From Clostridia bacterium (GTDB taxonomy: Bacteria; Bacillota; Clostridia; Christensenellales; CAG-138), in the NCBI GenBank assembly GCA_030526995.1, contig JAUNBP010000002.1:1-64000 (forward strand): 64,000 nucleotides of DNA, in the 5' to 3' direction. The notes below the pieces were generated by a model that made no database searches, was not told where the DNA came from, and saw nothing but the letters and a program-made list of their open reading frames with translations. The first letter of the stretch is position 1; the number at the start of each line of letters is the position of its first letter. The translations under genes were made by a program, and so were the position numbers. Of this stretch, positions 45,599 to 56,221 are shown piece after piece.

Positions 45599-47698
45599 AT
45601 GAGTAAGACATTTGAAATGATGGTCGGCAACAGAAAACTGTCGATTGAGATTGGCAAGTATGCCGAACAGGCCGGAGGTTCCTGCTTGGTTCGCTGCGGC
45701 GGAACCGCTGTGTTGGTATGCGCAACGGTTGCAAAGACGGCACGCGACGGCGTTGACTTTTTGCCGTTGAGCGTGGAATTTGAGGAAAAGCTGTATTCGG
45801 TAGGCAAGATCCCCGGCGGCTTCATCAAGCGTGAGGGCAGACCCACCGAGAAGGCGATTTTGACCTGCCGTCTCATCGACCGCCCGCTGCGCCCTCTGTT
45901 CCCCAAGGGCTTTTACAACGACGTGCAGGTAGTGGCAACGGTGCTTTCGGTTGAGCAGGACGTTCAGCCCGACATCTTGGGCATGATTGGCTCATCCATC
46001 GCCCTGTCCATATCCGATGCACCTTTTATGGGCCCCACGGGTTCGGTTGCAGTAGGCATGGTTGACGGCGAGTACATCCTAAACCCCGACTGTGCCCAGC
46101 GTGAAGCAAGCGTATTGAGCCTGACGGTTTCGGGAACGAAGGACGCCGTCATGATGGTTGAAGCCGGAGCAAAGGAAGTATCCGAAGAGGAGATGTTAGG
46201 AGCAATCCTGTTCGCCCACGAGGAGATTAAAAGGATAGTAGCCTTCATCGAAGAGATAGCTTTGGAGTGCGGCAAGCCCAAGCGCGAAGTGGTCATCCAC
46301 GAGCCGGAGGCGGAGCTTGTAAACAAGGTTCGCGAGTTTGCAGCCGATAAGGTCGTATGGCAGATGGACACCTTTGACAGAACCGAGCGCGAGGAGCGCA
46401 CCAACCAAGTCAAAGAAGAAACTCAGGCAGCCTTTGCCGAGGAGTACCCCGAGGCTGCAAAGGACATAGATGCAATCCTGTACAAGATGACCAAGGAAGT
46501 CATGCGGGACAAGATTATCAACAAAAAGATTCGTCCCGACGGCAGGGCTCAGGATGAGATTCGCCCAATCTGGAGCGAGGTAGGCATTTTGGAGAGGCCG
46601 CACGGCAGCGCAGTGTTCACAAGGGGACAAACGCAGGTTTTGACGATTGCCACCCTCGGCACCATATCCGAAGCGCAGATTTTGGACGGTTTGACCTTGG
46701 AGGAGAGCAAGCGTTATATGCACCAGTACAACATGCTCCCCTACAGCGTAGGCGAAGCAAGACCGATGCGCGGACCCGGCAGGCGCGAAGTTGGACACGG
46801 CGCCTTGGCAGAGCGTGCCTTAGAGCCGGTATTGCCGAGCGAGGAGGAGTTCCCCTATTGCATGAGACTGGTTTCCGAGGTCATAAGCTCCAACGGTTCC
46901 ACCTCACAGGCATCGATATGCGCAAGCACGCTTGCACTCATGGACGCAGGCGTTCCGATTAAAAAGCCGGTTGCAGGCGTTGCCATGGGCTTGATAAAGG
47001 ACGAGGAGAGCGGCAACATCGCCATTTTGACCGACATTCAGGGCTTGGAAGACTTCTTGGGCGACATGGACTTCAAGGTTGCGGGTACCAAAGAGGGCAT
47101 AACCGCAATACAGATGGACATAAAGATTAAGGGCATCGACCGTGAAATACTTACCCGTGCATTGGAACAGGCAAGAAAGGGCAGACTGTTCATATTGGAT
47201 AAGATGGCAGAAACCCTCAGCGAGCCGAGAAGCGAGCTTTCGCCCTATGCACCGAGGATAATCTCCTTCAGCATCCATCCGGACAAGATTCGAGAGGTTA
47301 TCGGTACGGGCGGCAAGGTCATCAACAAGATTATTGCCGACACGGGCGTAAAGATTGACATAAACGACGATGGCACCGTGTTCATTGCATCTCCGGATGA
47401 AGCGGCTGCGAAGGAAGCCAAGAAGATAATTGACGGCATCGTCAAGGATATCGAAGTAGGCGACGTGTATCTCGGAACCGTGGTCGGAATTAAGGACTTT
47501 GGAGCCTTTATAAATCTCGTCGGCAACAAGGACGGCTTGCTGCACATCTCAAGGATGGCAAACAAGCGGGTTGAAAAGGTTGAGGACGTCATGAACATGG
47601 GCGATCAGGTATTGGTTAGGGTCATAGAGATAGACGCCAAGACCGGAAAGATAAGCCTCACGAGGAAGGATCTTCTGCCGGCTGAACCTAAGGAATGA
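45599..47698 (+). CDS. pnp: Polyribonucleotide nucleotidyltransferase (PNPase)
   Basis: Two RNase PH domains, KH and S1. Confidence 0.95.
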   Translation: MSKTFEMMVGNRKLSIEIGKYAEQAGGSCLVRCGGTAVLVCATVAKTARDGVDFLPLSVEFEEKLYSVGKIPGGFIKREGRPTEKAILTCRLIDRPLRPLFPKGFYNDVQVVATVLSVEQDVQPDILGMIGSSIALSISDAPFMGPTGSVAVGMVDGEYILNPDCAQREASVLSLTVSGTKDAVMMVEAGAKEVSEEEMLGAILFAHEEIKRIVAFIEEIALECGKPKREVVIHEPEAELVNKVREFAADKVVWQMDTFDRTEREERTNQVKEETQAAFAEEYPEAAKDIDAILYKMTKEVMRDKIINKKIRPDGRAQDEIRPIWSEVGILERPHGSAVFTRGQTQVLTIATLGTISEAQILDGLTLEESKRYMHQYNMLPYSVGEARPMRGPGRREVGHGALAERALEPVLPSEEEFPYCMRLVSEVISSNGSTSQASICASTLALMDAGVPIKKPVAGVAMGLIKDEESGNIAILTDIQGLEDFLGDMDFKVAGTKEGITAIQMDIKIKGIDREILTRALEQARKGRLFILDKMAETLSEPRSELSPYAPRIISFSIHPDKIREVIGTGGKVINKIIADTGVKIDINDDGTVFIASPDEAAAKEAKKIIDGIVKDIEVGDVYLGTVVGIKDFGAFINLVGNKDGLLHISRMANKRVEKVEDVMNMGDQVLVRVIEIDAKTGKISLTRKDLLPAEPKE

Positions 47699-47753
47699 TA
47701 GAATAAATTAGGGGGCGTGACGAGGGTTGCGCCCTTTTTTAGTAGGAGGATAA

Positions 47754-49073
47754 ATGGTAAAGACAATAACGATGGAAAACGGGTTGCGGGTAGTTATGGA
47801 GCGTATGGAAGGCGTAAGATCGGTTTCCGTAGGAATCTGGGTCAACGCCGGATCGGAGTACGAGAATGAAAAAACTTCGGGCATCTCGCACTTTGTGGAA
47901 CACATGCTCTTCAAGGGAACGGAGCGGCGAACTGCGGCAGAGATTGCAGCGGAGATGGACAGCATAGGCGGAACCTTAAACGCTTTCACCGCAAAGGAGT
48001 GCACCTGTTACTATGCAAGAGTTATTGACGAGGATTTGGCGGTAGCCATAGATATGCTGTCCGACTTGGTGCTTAACAGCAAGTTGGACAAGGAAATGAT
48101 TGAGAAGGAAAAGGGAGTCATCTGCGACGAGATATATATGACCGAGGACAACCCCGAGGACTTGGTTTTCGAGACCGCCTCCTCAAAGTTCTTCGGCGGC
48201 ACAACGCTCGAACGACCCATACTCGGAACGGTGGACACGGTAACCTCCTTTAAGAAAAAGGACTTTGAAGCGTATATGAAGCGGTATTATACGCCCGAGA
48301 ACATGGTTGTAGCCTGCGCAGGCAACTTTGAAGAGGAAAAGCTGATGGAGCTTTTGAACGAGCATTTCGCAGCCGAACCGAGCGGGGAATGCTATGAGGT
48401 GATAGAGCATATTCCGACAGAAGGCTTCCGCTATTCCTTTGTTAAGAAGGACATAGAGCAGGCGCACATCTGCCTGACCTTCCCCGGCTATTCGCTGGGC
48501 ACAAAGGAGTATTATGCGCTGACGGTGCTTAGCAATGCGCTTGGCGGCAGCATGAGCTCCCGCCTGTTTCAAACCATTAGAGAGGAGCATGGCTTGGCTT
48601 ATTCGGTGTATTCCTACCCCATATCCTACCGAAACGTGGGCTCGTTCTCTGTCTATGCAGGCTGCGGAGAAAAGCAGGCGGTAAAGGTCTTAAAGCTGAT
48701 GCTCAAAGAGCTGGATCTTTTAATTGAAAAGGGCTTGACCTCGGAGGAGTTTGAAAGGTGCAAGCAGCAATTAAAGGGCAGTTTCATCCTCGGCATGGAA
48801 TCTACGAATGCGCATATGAATGCGATAGGCAAGAGCCTGCTTCTGCAAAATAAAGAATATTCTCAAGAGACTACCATTTCGGGTATCGAATGTGTTACAA
48901 TAGAGGATACGAAAAGGCTGACTAAGGAATTGTTCTCATCCAAGCGGTTTGCCGCAGCCATCGTTGGCAGGGTGGAGGACAAGTCCGAACAGATGCAGCG
49001 AGAACTTGAAGAATGGTGGGAAAAACATGGACAGGCTGGAACAGATATTCAAGATGCAGAGGATGCTCGATGA
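47754..49073 (+). CDS. M16-family zinc peptidase (insulinase-like)
   Basis: Inverted zinc motif HFVEHMLFKGT. Confidence 0.8.
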   Translation: MVKTITMENGLRVVMERMEGVRSVSVGIWVNAGSEYENEKTSGISHFVEHMLFKGTERRTAAEIAAEMDSIGGTLNAFTAKECTCYYARVIDEDLAVAIDMLSDLVLNSKLDKEMIEKEKGVICDEIYMTEDNPEDLVFETASSKFFGGTTLERPILGTVDTVTSFKKKDFEAYMKRYYTPENMVVACAGNFEEEKLMELLNEHFAAEPSGECYEVIEHIPTEGFRYSFVKKDIEQAHICLTFPGYSLGTKEYYALTVLSNALGGSMSSRLFQTIREEHGLAYSVYSYPISYRNVGSFSVYAGCGEKQAVKVLKLMLKELDLLIEKGLTSEEFERCKQQLKGSFILGMESTNAHMNAIGKSLLLQNKEYSQETTISGIECVTIEDTKRLTKELFSSKRFAAAIVGRVEDKSEQMQRELEEWWEKHGQAGTDIQDAEDAR

Positions 49074-49404
49074 GGACATCTCATCAAAGCGAAACCTCAA
49101 TTTTTCCTATGAGCTTTGGATGCAGAAGGACATTTTGGCAACGATGGACGAGCTTACCGAGCTGTTAAACGAGCTTAATTACAAGTGGTGGAAGAACCCC
49201 AAGCCCTTGGATCAAAAGGCCATCAAAGAGGAGCTCGTGGATGTTCTGCACTTCTTTGTGAGCATGTGCATCAGGAGCGGGATCGATGCCGAAGGGCTCT
49301 TTACGGGCTACATGGAAAAGAACAAGGAGAATTTTGATCGCCAGCTTGGAAAATCGCAGAAACACGGATATGAGGTGAATTTAAGTGGCAGCGAAGAAGC
49401 GTAG
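49026..49404 (+). CDS. Dimeric (all-alpha) dUTPase-like NTP pyrophosphatase
   Basis: MDRLEQIFKMQRMLDEDI..ELTELLNE..WWK matches the dimeric dUTPase family. Start uncertain; overlaps the M16 gene end. Confidence 0.55.
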
Positions 49405-50557
49405 AAGAATAGCACCCTTGATTCTTGTGCTTTTCATAGCGGCAGGAATAGGCGTAGGCGTATATTTCATTCTCAATCCCTCGTCGGCACGCATGGGCGA
49501 AGAGGTTATGGACAGCGTGATGGAAGTCAGGGGCATTGTGATTCGCAACGAAACCGTAGTGCAGCGGGGCGAGGCCTATCATATTCAATACCTTGTAAAC
49601 GACGGAGATTACGTCCAGTCCGCCCAGCCGATAGTCAACACCTATTCGAGGGGCTATGACACGCAGCTTGCGCAGATTATAGCCTTGGAGCAGCAGATAT
49701 ACGACCAGCAATCGGCGCTCTTGCAGCTTCAATACGGGGAGAGTGCGCTGCCCGACAGTCTGACTCAAATCAATGCGGATATAGACAGCTGTATCGATAA
49801 AATCATGGCAGCAAATTCCGGCGAGGGCGGCGAGGACTTTTTGACCTTGCAGAGCAATCTCTACTCCCTGATGAGCGAAAGGACGGCGCTGATGCAGCAG
49901 CTTGTGACGCCTGATGAGGCCTTGACAAACAGTATGAATCAGCTAAGCGCCTTGCAGAGCAGCTTTACACAAAAGACAACGCTCGTCAACGATGGAAGCG
50001 CAGGCTACATCAGCTTTACCACGGATGGATATGAAAGCGCCTTGAGCACCGACCAGCTCAACACTACGCAGGTAACGGATATCTTGTCCGGCTACGGCAG
50101 CATATCGCCTTCAACCTCAGACCTGTACCGCATCATCGCAGCGGACCATTGGTACGTCGCCTTCAACGTTTCTATCGATTCTCCCGAGAGACTAATCGAG
50201 GGGCAGACCTATTCCATGCTCATGGCGGGCAGCGACACCGTCTACTCCGCATATTGCAGCTATGCAAGGACGTTTACATCCACAATAACCTATGTGGTGG
50301 AGATATATTCGGATACCAAGCCAATCTTGAACACGAGGAGCGGGACGTTCAGCTTTTCAAGGAGTGCGAGCGGTGCAACGGTGAGGCTTGACGGCTTGAC
50401 CTATGAGTCGGGAGTGCCAACGGTAATGGTAAAACAGGGTGACGAATACGTTGCAATCCCCGTCTACATACTTTGCAGTGACGAGGAAAATGCGGTCATA
50501 GTGGCACAGGACAGCTCGATTCAGTTGAGGTCGGGGCTTCGTTACGATATACCGTAG
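49385..50557 (+). CDS. HlyD-like membrane-anchored coiled-coil protein
   Basis: N-terminal TM, coiled-coil, beta-rich C-terminal. GTG start. Confidence 0.45.
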   Translation: MAAKKRRRIAPLILVLFIAAGIGVGVYFILNPSSARMGEEVMDSVMEVRGIVIRNETVVQRGEAYHIQYLVNDGDYVQSAQPIVNTYSRGYDTQLAQIIALEQQIYDQQSALLQLQYGESALPDSLTQINADIDSCIDKIMAANSGEGGEDFLTLQSNLYSLMSERTALMQQLVTPDEALTNSMNQLSALQSSFTQKTTLVNDGSAGYISFTTDGYESALSTDQLNTTQVTDILSGYGSISPSTSDLYRIIAADHWYVAFNVSIDSPERLIEGQTYSMLMAGSDTVYSAYCSYARTFTSTITYVVEIYSDTKPILNTRSGTFSFSRSASGATVRLDGLTYESGVPTVMVKQGDEYVAIPVYILCSDEENAVIVAQDSSIQLRSGLRYDIP

Positions 50558-50570
50558 GCGATGAGGTGAT

Positions 50571-51299
50571 ATGATGAGCATCTTAGAGAACGTTCTAACG
50601 GTAAGGAATAACATCAAACGAGCCTGTGAGCGGGCGGGCAGGGACGAGAGCGAGGTAAAACTGCTTGCGGTCTGCAAGTTTACCCAAACCGACAGGATTG
50701 CCGAAGCGATTTTAGCGGGGGTAAAGTATGTAGGAGAAAACCGTGCCCAAGAGGTGACGGAAAAGTTAATTTTTTATAAACAGAACGATTGCGACATTCA
50801 TTTCATTGGACAATTGCAAACTAATAAGATAAAATATATCTGCGGTAAGGTCGATTGTATTCAATCGGTCGATCGTATCGAATTGGCGGATGCGCTCGAG
50901 CGTTGTGCCGCACGAAACGATTTCTGCCAAGATGTGCTCGTGCAGGTAAACATCGGTGATGAAGCGCAAAAGGGCGGAGTAGCAGAAGATGAGCTCGACG
51001 GGCTTTTGCAACATTTGTCGGGACTTGCTCACCTTCGTGTTTGCGGACTGATGTGTGTGCCGCCGGCGGTTGAAGGAGAAAGGGTTCGTCCGTATTTTTC
51101 AAAGATGCGGGAACTGTTTTACAGGGCAAAAAAGGCGCATCCCGAGCTTCCGATATCGGGGCTGTCGATGGGCATGAGCCACGACTATGAGATTGCAATA
51201 GAAGAAGGCGCAACGATTGTAAGGGTCGGAACGGCAATATTCGGAGAAAGAAAATATACTAACCCAAGCACAGGAGGGAAAGATGGGTATATACAATAA
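50571..51299 (+). CDS. YggS-family PLP homeostasis protein
   Basis: Alanine-racemase-N-like fold with the conserved Lys region (LLAVCKFTQ). Confidence 0.8.
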   Translation: MMSILENVLTVRNNIKRACERAGRDESEVKLLAVCKFTQTDRIAEAILAGVKYVGENRAQEVTEKLIFYKQNDCDIHFIGQLQTNKIKYICGKVDCIQSVDRIELADALERCAARNDFCQDVLVQVNIGDEAQKGGVAEDELDGLLQHLSGLAHLRVCGLMCVPPAVEGERVRPYFSKMRELFYRAKKAHPELPISGLSMGMSHDYEIAIEEGATIVRVGTAIFGERKYTNPSTGGKDGYIQ

Positions 51300-51723
51300 A
51301 TTTTTAGACCTCATCGGCATCGAGGAGGCAGAGGAACACGAGAACGACGACATGTTTGCAGAAAGCGCAGCACCGGCGCCGAGCCGTGAGCGCAGCAGCG
51401 GCAGAAAGAAGGAGCCGAGGCTCCAAGGCGGCGGAGAAACCGTCCCCATGCCCAACGTTGCGGCGATGAAGATGATAGTTTATCATCCAGTGAGCTACGA
51501 GGATGCTCAGAACATTATCGACAACCTCAAGTCTCGCAAGCCGGTGATTGTAAATATGGAGGAGCTTGAAGTTACGGGAGCGCAGCGCATCTTGGACTTT
51601 ATTTCGGGTGCGGTCTACGCATTGAACGGGACGATATGCAAAATTTCGAGAGGAATCTTTGTCGTTGCGCCCAACAACTACGACGTCGTGGGCAACGGTG
51701 AGGACGAATACGACGACATTTAA
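51283..51723 (+). CDS. sepF: Cell division protein SepF
   Basis: Conserved C-terminal domain (..KPVIVNMEEL..GAVYALNG..). Confidence 0.8.
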   Translation: MGIYNKFLDLIGIEEAEEHENDDMFAESAAPAPSRERSSGRKKEPRLQGGGETVPMPNVAAMKMIVYHPVSYEDAQNIIDNLKSRKPVIVNMEELEVTGAQRILDFISGAVYALNGTICKISRGIFVVAPNNYDVVGNGEDEYDDI

Positions 51724-51736
51724 TTTGAGCTTATAG

Positions 51737-52009
51737 ATGATTCGTGTAGAGGAGATTGCAAACAAGGATTTCAAGTCCGTAATATGGGGCTATGATCCGG
51801 TCAGCGTTGACGCCTATCTCGATGAGATTATCACGCTGATTCTGCAGATGCAGGCCGAACGCAAGGAGATGGTCTCAACGATAGACTACCTTGTTGCCGA
51901 GCTTGCAGCAGCGGGCAGAAAGCCCGAGAAAGAGGGCCTGACGGAGCAGACCGCCCTACCCATATCTCCACATGAACTTACGGCAGAAAAGCCGAATGCA
52001 GAGGAATAA
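51737..52009 (+). CDS. DivIVA-domain protein (GpsB-like)
   Basis: N-terminal DivIVA motif (KDFKSVIWGYDPVSVDAYLDEI). Confidence 0.65.
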   Translation: MIRVEEIANKDFKSVIWGYDPVSVDAYLDEIITLILQMQAERKEMVSTIDYLVAELAAAGRKPEKEGLTEQTALPISPHELTAEKPNAEE

Positions 52010-52092
52010 AGGTTTATTGTTCCCGAGGTGAACTCCAATTCGGACTTCACTTTGGGAATTTGTATAAAAAAGGACAATTTTTCATTTTTGTC

Positions 52093-52121
52093 TTGAAATG
52101 GAATCTATTGTCTGTTATAAT
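52093..52121 (+). promoter_or_regulatory. Sigma-70 promoter of ppdK
   Basis: -35 TTGAAA (52093-52098), 17-nt spacer, -10 TATAAT (52116-52121). Confidence 0.5.
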
Positions 52122-52162
52122 CAACTGTTGACTAAAAAAGGAAAAAACAGGAGGACGATACA

Positions 52163-54793
52163 TTGGCACACAAATACGTATATCTGTTCAGCGAAGGCAA
52201 CGCTACGATGAGGAATCTGCTCGGCGGCAAGGGTGCTAACCTTGCAGAGATGACGGGCTTGGGTATGCCGGTTCCGCAGGGCTTTACGGTAACGACCGAG
52301 GCCTGCATTCGGTATTACGACGACGGCGAATCCATCAACGATGAGATTTTAAGCCAGATCGACGAGGGCTTAAAAAAGTTGGAGGAGCTTTCGGGCAAGA
52401 AGTTCGGAGATGTGGAAAATCCCCTTTTGGTCTCGGTCAGAAGCGGAGCGAGAGCATCGATGCCGGGCATGATGGACACAATCTTGAACCTCGGACTCAA
52501 CGATACCGTGGTTGAAGCGTTTGCAAAAAAGACCGGCAACCCCAGATTTGCCTACGATTCCTACCGCAGATTCATACAGATGTATTCTGACGTTGTAATG
52601 GAGGTCGGCAAAAAGTATTTCGAAGAACTGATTGACAAGATGAAGGAGGAAAAGGGTGTAAAGCTGGATACCGAGCTTGATGCTTCCGACCTCAAAGAGC
52701 TTGCAGAGCAGTTTAAGGCGGAGTACAAGGCAAAGATTGGCAAGGACTTCCCCAAAGACCCCAAAGAGCAGCTCATAGGCGCAGTCAAGGCTGTTTTCCG
52801 CAGCTGGAACAATCCGAGAGCCATCTATTACCGCAGGATGAACGACATCCCCGGCTCATGGGGAACGGCGGTCAACGTGCAGATGATGGTGTTCGGCAAC
52901 ACGGGTGACACCTCGGGCACGGGCGTTGCGTTTACAAGGAACCCCTCCACGGGTGAAAAGAAGCTGTACGGCGAGTTTTTGATGAACGCACAGGGCGAGG
53001 ACGTCGTTGCGGGAGTCAGAACGCCGCAGACCATAGATCAGTTAAAGGAAATCATGCCTGAAGCATACGATAAGTTCGTTGAGATTTGCGGAAAGCTCGA
53101 AGCGCATTACCGTGATATGCAGGACATGGAGTTTACAATAGAGGACAAAAAGCTGTACATGCTTCAAACGAGAAGCGGCAAGCGCACCGCAGCAGCGGCT
53201 CTAAAGATAGCCTGCGACTTGGTAGACGAGGGCATGAGAACGAAGGAAGAAGCCGTGATGATGGTCGATCCCAAGCAGCTCGATGCACTTTTGCACCCGC
53301 AGTTCGACTCCGCAGCGCTTAAAAACGCCAAGCCCATAGGCTCCGCACTTCCGGCTTCCCCGGGCGCAGCTTGCGGCAGGATAGTTTTCACCGCCGATGA
53401 TGCAACCCGCTGGGCGCAGAACGGCGAGAAGGTTGTATTGGTTCGCTTGGAGACCAGCCCCGAGGACATCGAGGGTATGCACCATTCACAGGGCATCCTT
53501 ACGGTTAGAGGCGGTATGACCTCACATGCGGCAGTCGTTGCCAGAGGCATGGGAACCTGCTGCGTATCGGGTTGCGGCGAGATAAAGATGGACGAGGCCA
53601 ACAAGCAGTTTGAGCTTGGCGGCAAGGTATATAAAGAGGGCGATTGGATATCCTTGGACGGCTCCACCGGCAACATCTACGGAGAGGCAATTCCGACCGT
53701 GGACGCAGCAATCGGCGGCGACTTCGGCAGGCTGATGGGCTGGGCGGATTCGATTCGCACCCTTAAGGTCAGGACGAATGCGGACAACCCCCACGATTCG
53801 GCGGTTGCAGTCAAGTTCGGAGCCGAGGGCATTGGACTATGCAGAACCGAGCATATGTTCTTTGAGGAGGACAGAATTCCCGCAGTCCGCGAGATGATAG
53901 TAGCCTCCGACGAAGTGAGCCGCAGAAAGGCTTTGGCAAAGCTCCTTCCGATGCAAAGGGAGGACTTTAAGGGAATCTACAAGGAGATGGGCGCACGCCC
54001 CGTCACGATAAGATTCTTGGATCCCCCGCTGCACGAGTTCTTGCCGACAGCGGATAAGGACATTGAAGCGTTGGCAGCCGATATGGGCTTAACCTTCGAT
54101 CAGCTCAAGCATACGGTAGAGGGACTGCATGAGTTCAATCCCATGCTCGGACACAGGGGCTGCCGTTTGGCGGTTACCTATCCGGAGATTGCCGAGATGC
54201 AGACGAGGGCAGTTATCGAGGCGGCTATTGAAACCCGTCAGGAGCTGGGCTTGGACATCCTGCCCGAGATTATGATTCCGCTCGTAGGCGAGGTCAAGGA
54301 ACTTGAGTTTGTCAAGGACATAGTCGATAAGACCGCAAAGGAAGTCATGCAGGAGCGCGGAGTCGAGATAGAGTATCTCGTAGGCACGATGATTGAGATT
54401 CCGAGAGCGGCGCTGACCGCCGATAAGGTAGCCGAACAGGCACAGTTCTTCTCCTTCGGCACGAACGATCTTACTCAGATGACCTTTGGCTTCAGCCGTG
54501 ACGATGCAGGCAAGTTCTTGGACGATTACTACAAGAAGAAGATATACGAGTCCGACCCGTTCGCAAGGGTTGACCAAGAGGGCGTAGGCAAGCTGATGCA
54601 GATGGCAGTGGAGCTTGGGAGAAAGACCCGTCCCAACATCAAGTTGGGCATCTGCGGCGAGCACGGCGGAGATCCTTCATCGGTTGCGTTCTGCCACAAG
54701 CTGGGGCTTAATTACGTTTCCTGCTCCCCCTATCGTGTTCCGATAGCGAGGCTCGCAGCGGCACAGGCAAAGATAGAGGAAGCCCGCAAATAA
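52163..54793 (+). CDS. ppdK: Pyruvate, phosphate dikinase
   Basis: TTG start with AGGAGG 8 nt upstream. PPDK N-terminus (..VYLFSEGNATMRNLLGGKGANLAEM..). Phosphohistidine region GGMTSHAAVVARG. Confidence 0.95.
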   Translation: MAHKYVYLFSEGNATMRNLLGGKGANLAEMTGLGMPVPQGFTVTTEACIRYYDDGESINDEILSQIDEGLKKLEELSGKKFGDVENPLLVSVRSGARASMPGMMDTILNLGLNDTVVEAFAKKTGNPRFAYDSYRRFIQMYSDVVMEVGKKYFEELIDKMKEEKGVKLDTELDASDLKELAEQFKAEYKAKIGKDFPKDPKEQLIGAVKAVFRSWNNPRAIYYRRMNDIPGSWGTAVNVQMMVFGNTGDTSGTGVAFTRNPSTGEKKLYGEFLMNAQGEDVVAGVRTPQTIDQLKEIMPEAYDKFVEICGKLEAHYRDMQDMEFTIEDKKLYMLQTRSGKRTAAAALKIACDLVDEGMRTKEEAVMMVDPKQLDALLHPQFDSAALKNAKPIGSALPASPGAACGRIVFTADDATRWAQNGEKVVLVRLETSPEDIEGMHHSQGILTVRGGMTSHAAVVARGMGTCCVSGCGEIKMDEANKQFELGGKVYKEGDWISLDGSTGNIYGEAIPTVDAAIGGDFGRLMGWADSIRTLKVRTNADNPHDSAVAVKFGAEGIGLCRTEHMFFEEDRIPAVREMIVASDEVSRRKALAKLLPMQREDFKGIYKEMGARPVTIRFLDPPLHEFLPTADKDIEALAADMGLTFDQLKHTVEGLHEFNPMLGHRGCRLAVTYPEIAEMQTRAVIEAAIETRQELGLDILPEIMIPLVGEVKELEFVKDIVDKTAKEVMQERGVEIEYLVGTMIEIPRAALTADKVAEQAQFFSFGTNDLTQMTFGFSRDDAGKFLDDYYKKKIYESDPFARVDQEGVGKLMQMAVELGRKTRPNIKLGICGEHGGDPSSVAFCHKLGLNYVSCSPYRVPIARLAAAQAKIEEARK

Positions 54794-54816
54794 TACAAGA
54801 AAATATCATATACTAC

Positions 54817-55063
54817 GAAAAGACCCGCCGTTTGCGGGTTTTCAGCCTGTCGAAAAAGCCTTTTGGGGTTCTCAAGGGGGCGCACCCCCTTGACCATAAT
54901 CCGGCTCCGACGGCGTGTACGTCGGAACGGATTGCCCTTTAGGGCTGTTACCTTGTGTAGATTGCCGTCCGCATCGCATAGCGATGCAGGCAAGCTGCGG
55001 TTATTATCCGGCAAAAAACACAGTTTTTTGACGAACTGAAAAGACCCGCCGTTTGCGGGTTTT
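54817..55063 (+). repeat. 26-bp perfect direct repeat (GAAAAGACCCGCCGTTTGCGGGTTTT) flanking a ~190-nt multi-hairpin element
   Basis: Repeat copies at 54817-54842 and 55038-55063. The interior contains four strong hairpins and no credible ORF. Confidence 0.45.
54819..54845 (+). terminator. ppdK terminator (first copy of the duplicated hairpin)
   Basis: GACCCGC-cgttt-GCGGGTT followed by a T-run. Confidence 0.6.
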
Positions 55064-55114
55064 TTCAATTGACATTTTCAAAGCAAGGGGGTATTCTTGA
55101 AAGGAGGGAATAAT

Positions 55115-55888
55115 ATGAAAAGAACGGCGCAGAAAACCATAGCATTGATATTGGCAATATGCCTAAGTCTGCTTTGCGGGACTTCCTTGGCAAACGATGA
55201 TAGCATCGGTGAGCAGGGGAGTGCAGAGCAGTGGCTTTGGCCTGCGCAGGACTGTTACACGATAAGCTCAAACTACGGCTATAGGTTCGGCGGTTCGGAC
55301 AGACATCGGGGAATAGATATAGTCAGCGGCAGGGCGGGCAAAAGTCGGGGCTCATCGATACTTGCAGCCAAGAGCGGAACGATTTATAAGGCAAGAGACT
55401 GTTACGGAGACGAGGAATACATCGAAAATTCCTTGGGAAATTATGTTATGATAGACCACGGCGACGGCACCTGTTCGCTCTATGCGCATCTTATGCGCAA
55501 GGGCATTAAAACGAGCGGCGAGGTCAAGCAGGGGGAGTGCATAGGCTACATGGGCGATTCGGGCGAATCGACGGGCTATCATCTGCACTTTCAGATTTAT
55601 ACCGACAAGGACAATGCTAACGGCTCGACATTGAACCCCATGCCGACCAATGAAAACATAGTGCAGCGAAATGGCTATTACCGCCTGCCCGAAGGCTGGT
55701 GCGAGGATAAGATAACCTACATAATGCCCCCGTGCGAACATGAGTACAATTCCGAGGGCGTGTGTGAAAAATGCAGCGACATCAGCGGAACAATAGCAAG
55801 ACGAGCCAAATTCCAATCCGTCCCCTTCACGGAGCCATGGCACACAATCCCCAATCCCCGCTTCGACAAAATTCAAAGCCCCTTCTAA
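55115..55888 (+). CDS. M23-family (LytM) metallopeptidase, secreted
   Basis: Signal peptide. HRGIDI, DHGDG, HLHF zinc motifs. AAGGAGGG RBS. Confidence 0.8.
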   Translation: MKRTAQKTIALILAICLSLLCGTSLANDDSIGEQGSAEQWLWPAQDCYTISSNYGYRFGGSDRHRGIDIVSGRAGKSRGSSILAAKSGTIYKARDCYGDEEYIENSLGNYVMIDHGDGTCSLYAHLMRKGIKTSGEVKQGECIGYMGDSGESTGYHLHFQIYTDKDNANGSTLNPMPTNENIVQRNGYYRLPEGWCEDKITYIMPPCEHEYNSEGVCEKCSDISGTIARRAKFQSVPFTEPWHTIPNPRFDKIQSPF

Positions 55889-55914
55889 CCCATTCAAAAA
55901 GGCATCGGATACCC

Positions 55915-56115
55915 CTAATCCTCAACATATTCCGCAATTTCATCAAGTCTGCAATTCAATATCTTGCAAAGCATCGATAATGTGTAGGTGTTCACATTGT
56001 CATTCTTGCGCAACCTGTCCAGCTGACCCGTGCTAAAGCCGTACTCGTGAATCAACCTATACTGAGAAATTCCCCTAACCTTCATCGTCCCCCAAAGCCT
56101 GTCAAATACAATCAT
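55915..56115 (-). CDS. Small XRE-family HTH DNA-binding protein
   Basis: 66 aa. ..GISQYRLIHEYGFSTGQLDRLRKN.. typical Cro/CI-type HTH. Divergent from the large GLUG gene. Confidence 0.7.
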   Translation of the reverse strand: MIVFDRLWGTMKVRGISQYRLIHEYGFSTGQLDRLRKNDNVNTYTLSMLCKILNCRLDEIAEYVED

Positions 56116-56221
56116 ACCAAATCTCCTTACAAAAAGCAGAATATTTCATTGACCATATATTGACAATTGCCCGTATTCGGGCTATACTATTCGTGTAAAA
56201 TAAAAACGGGAGGATATATTT

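Noticed and set aside
54843-55037. Possibility that the multi-hairpin element is 6S RNA (ssrS)
   Set aside because: 6S RNA is one long imperfect helix with a central bubble. This element is a series of independent short hairpins. Kept as an unknown structured element instead.
54730-55068. 112-aa minus-strand ORF spanning the ppdK terminator region
   Set aside because: Overlaps the ppdK 3' end and runs through the hairpin-rich repeat element. No RBS. Likely spurious.
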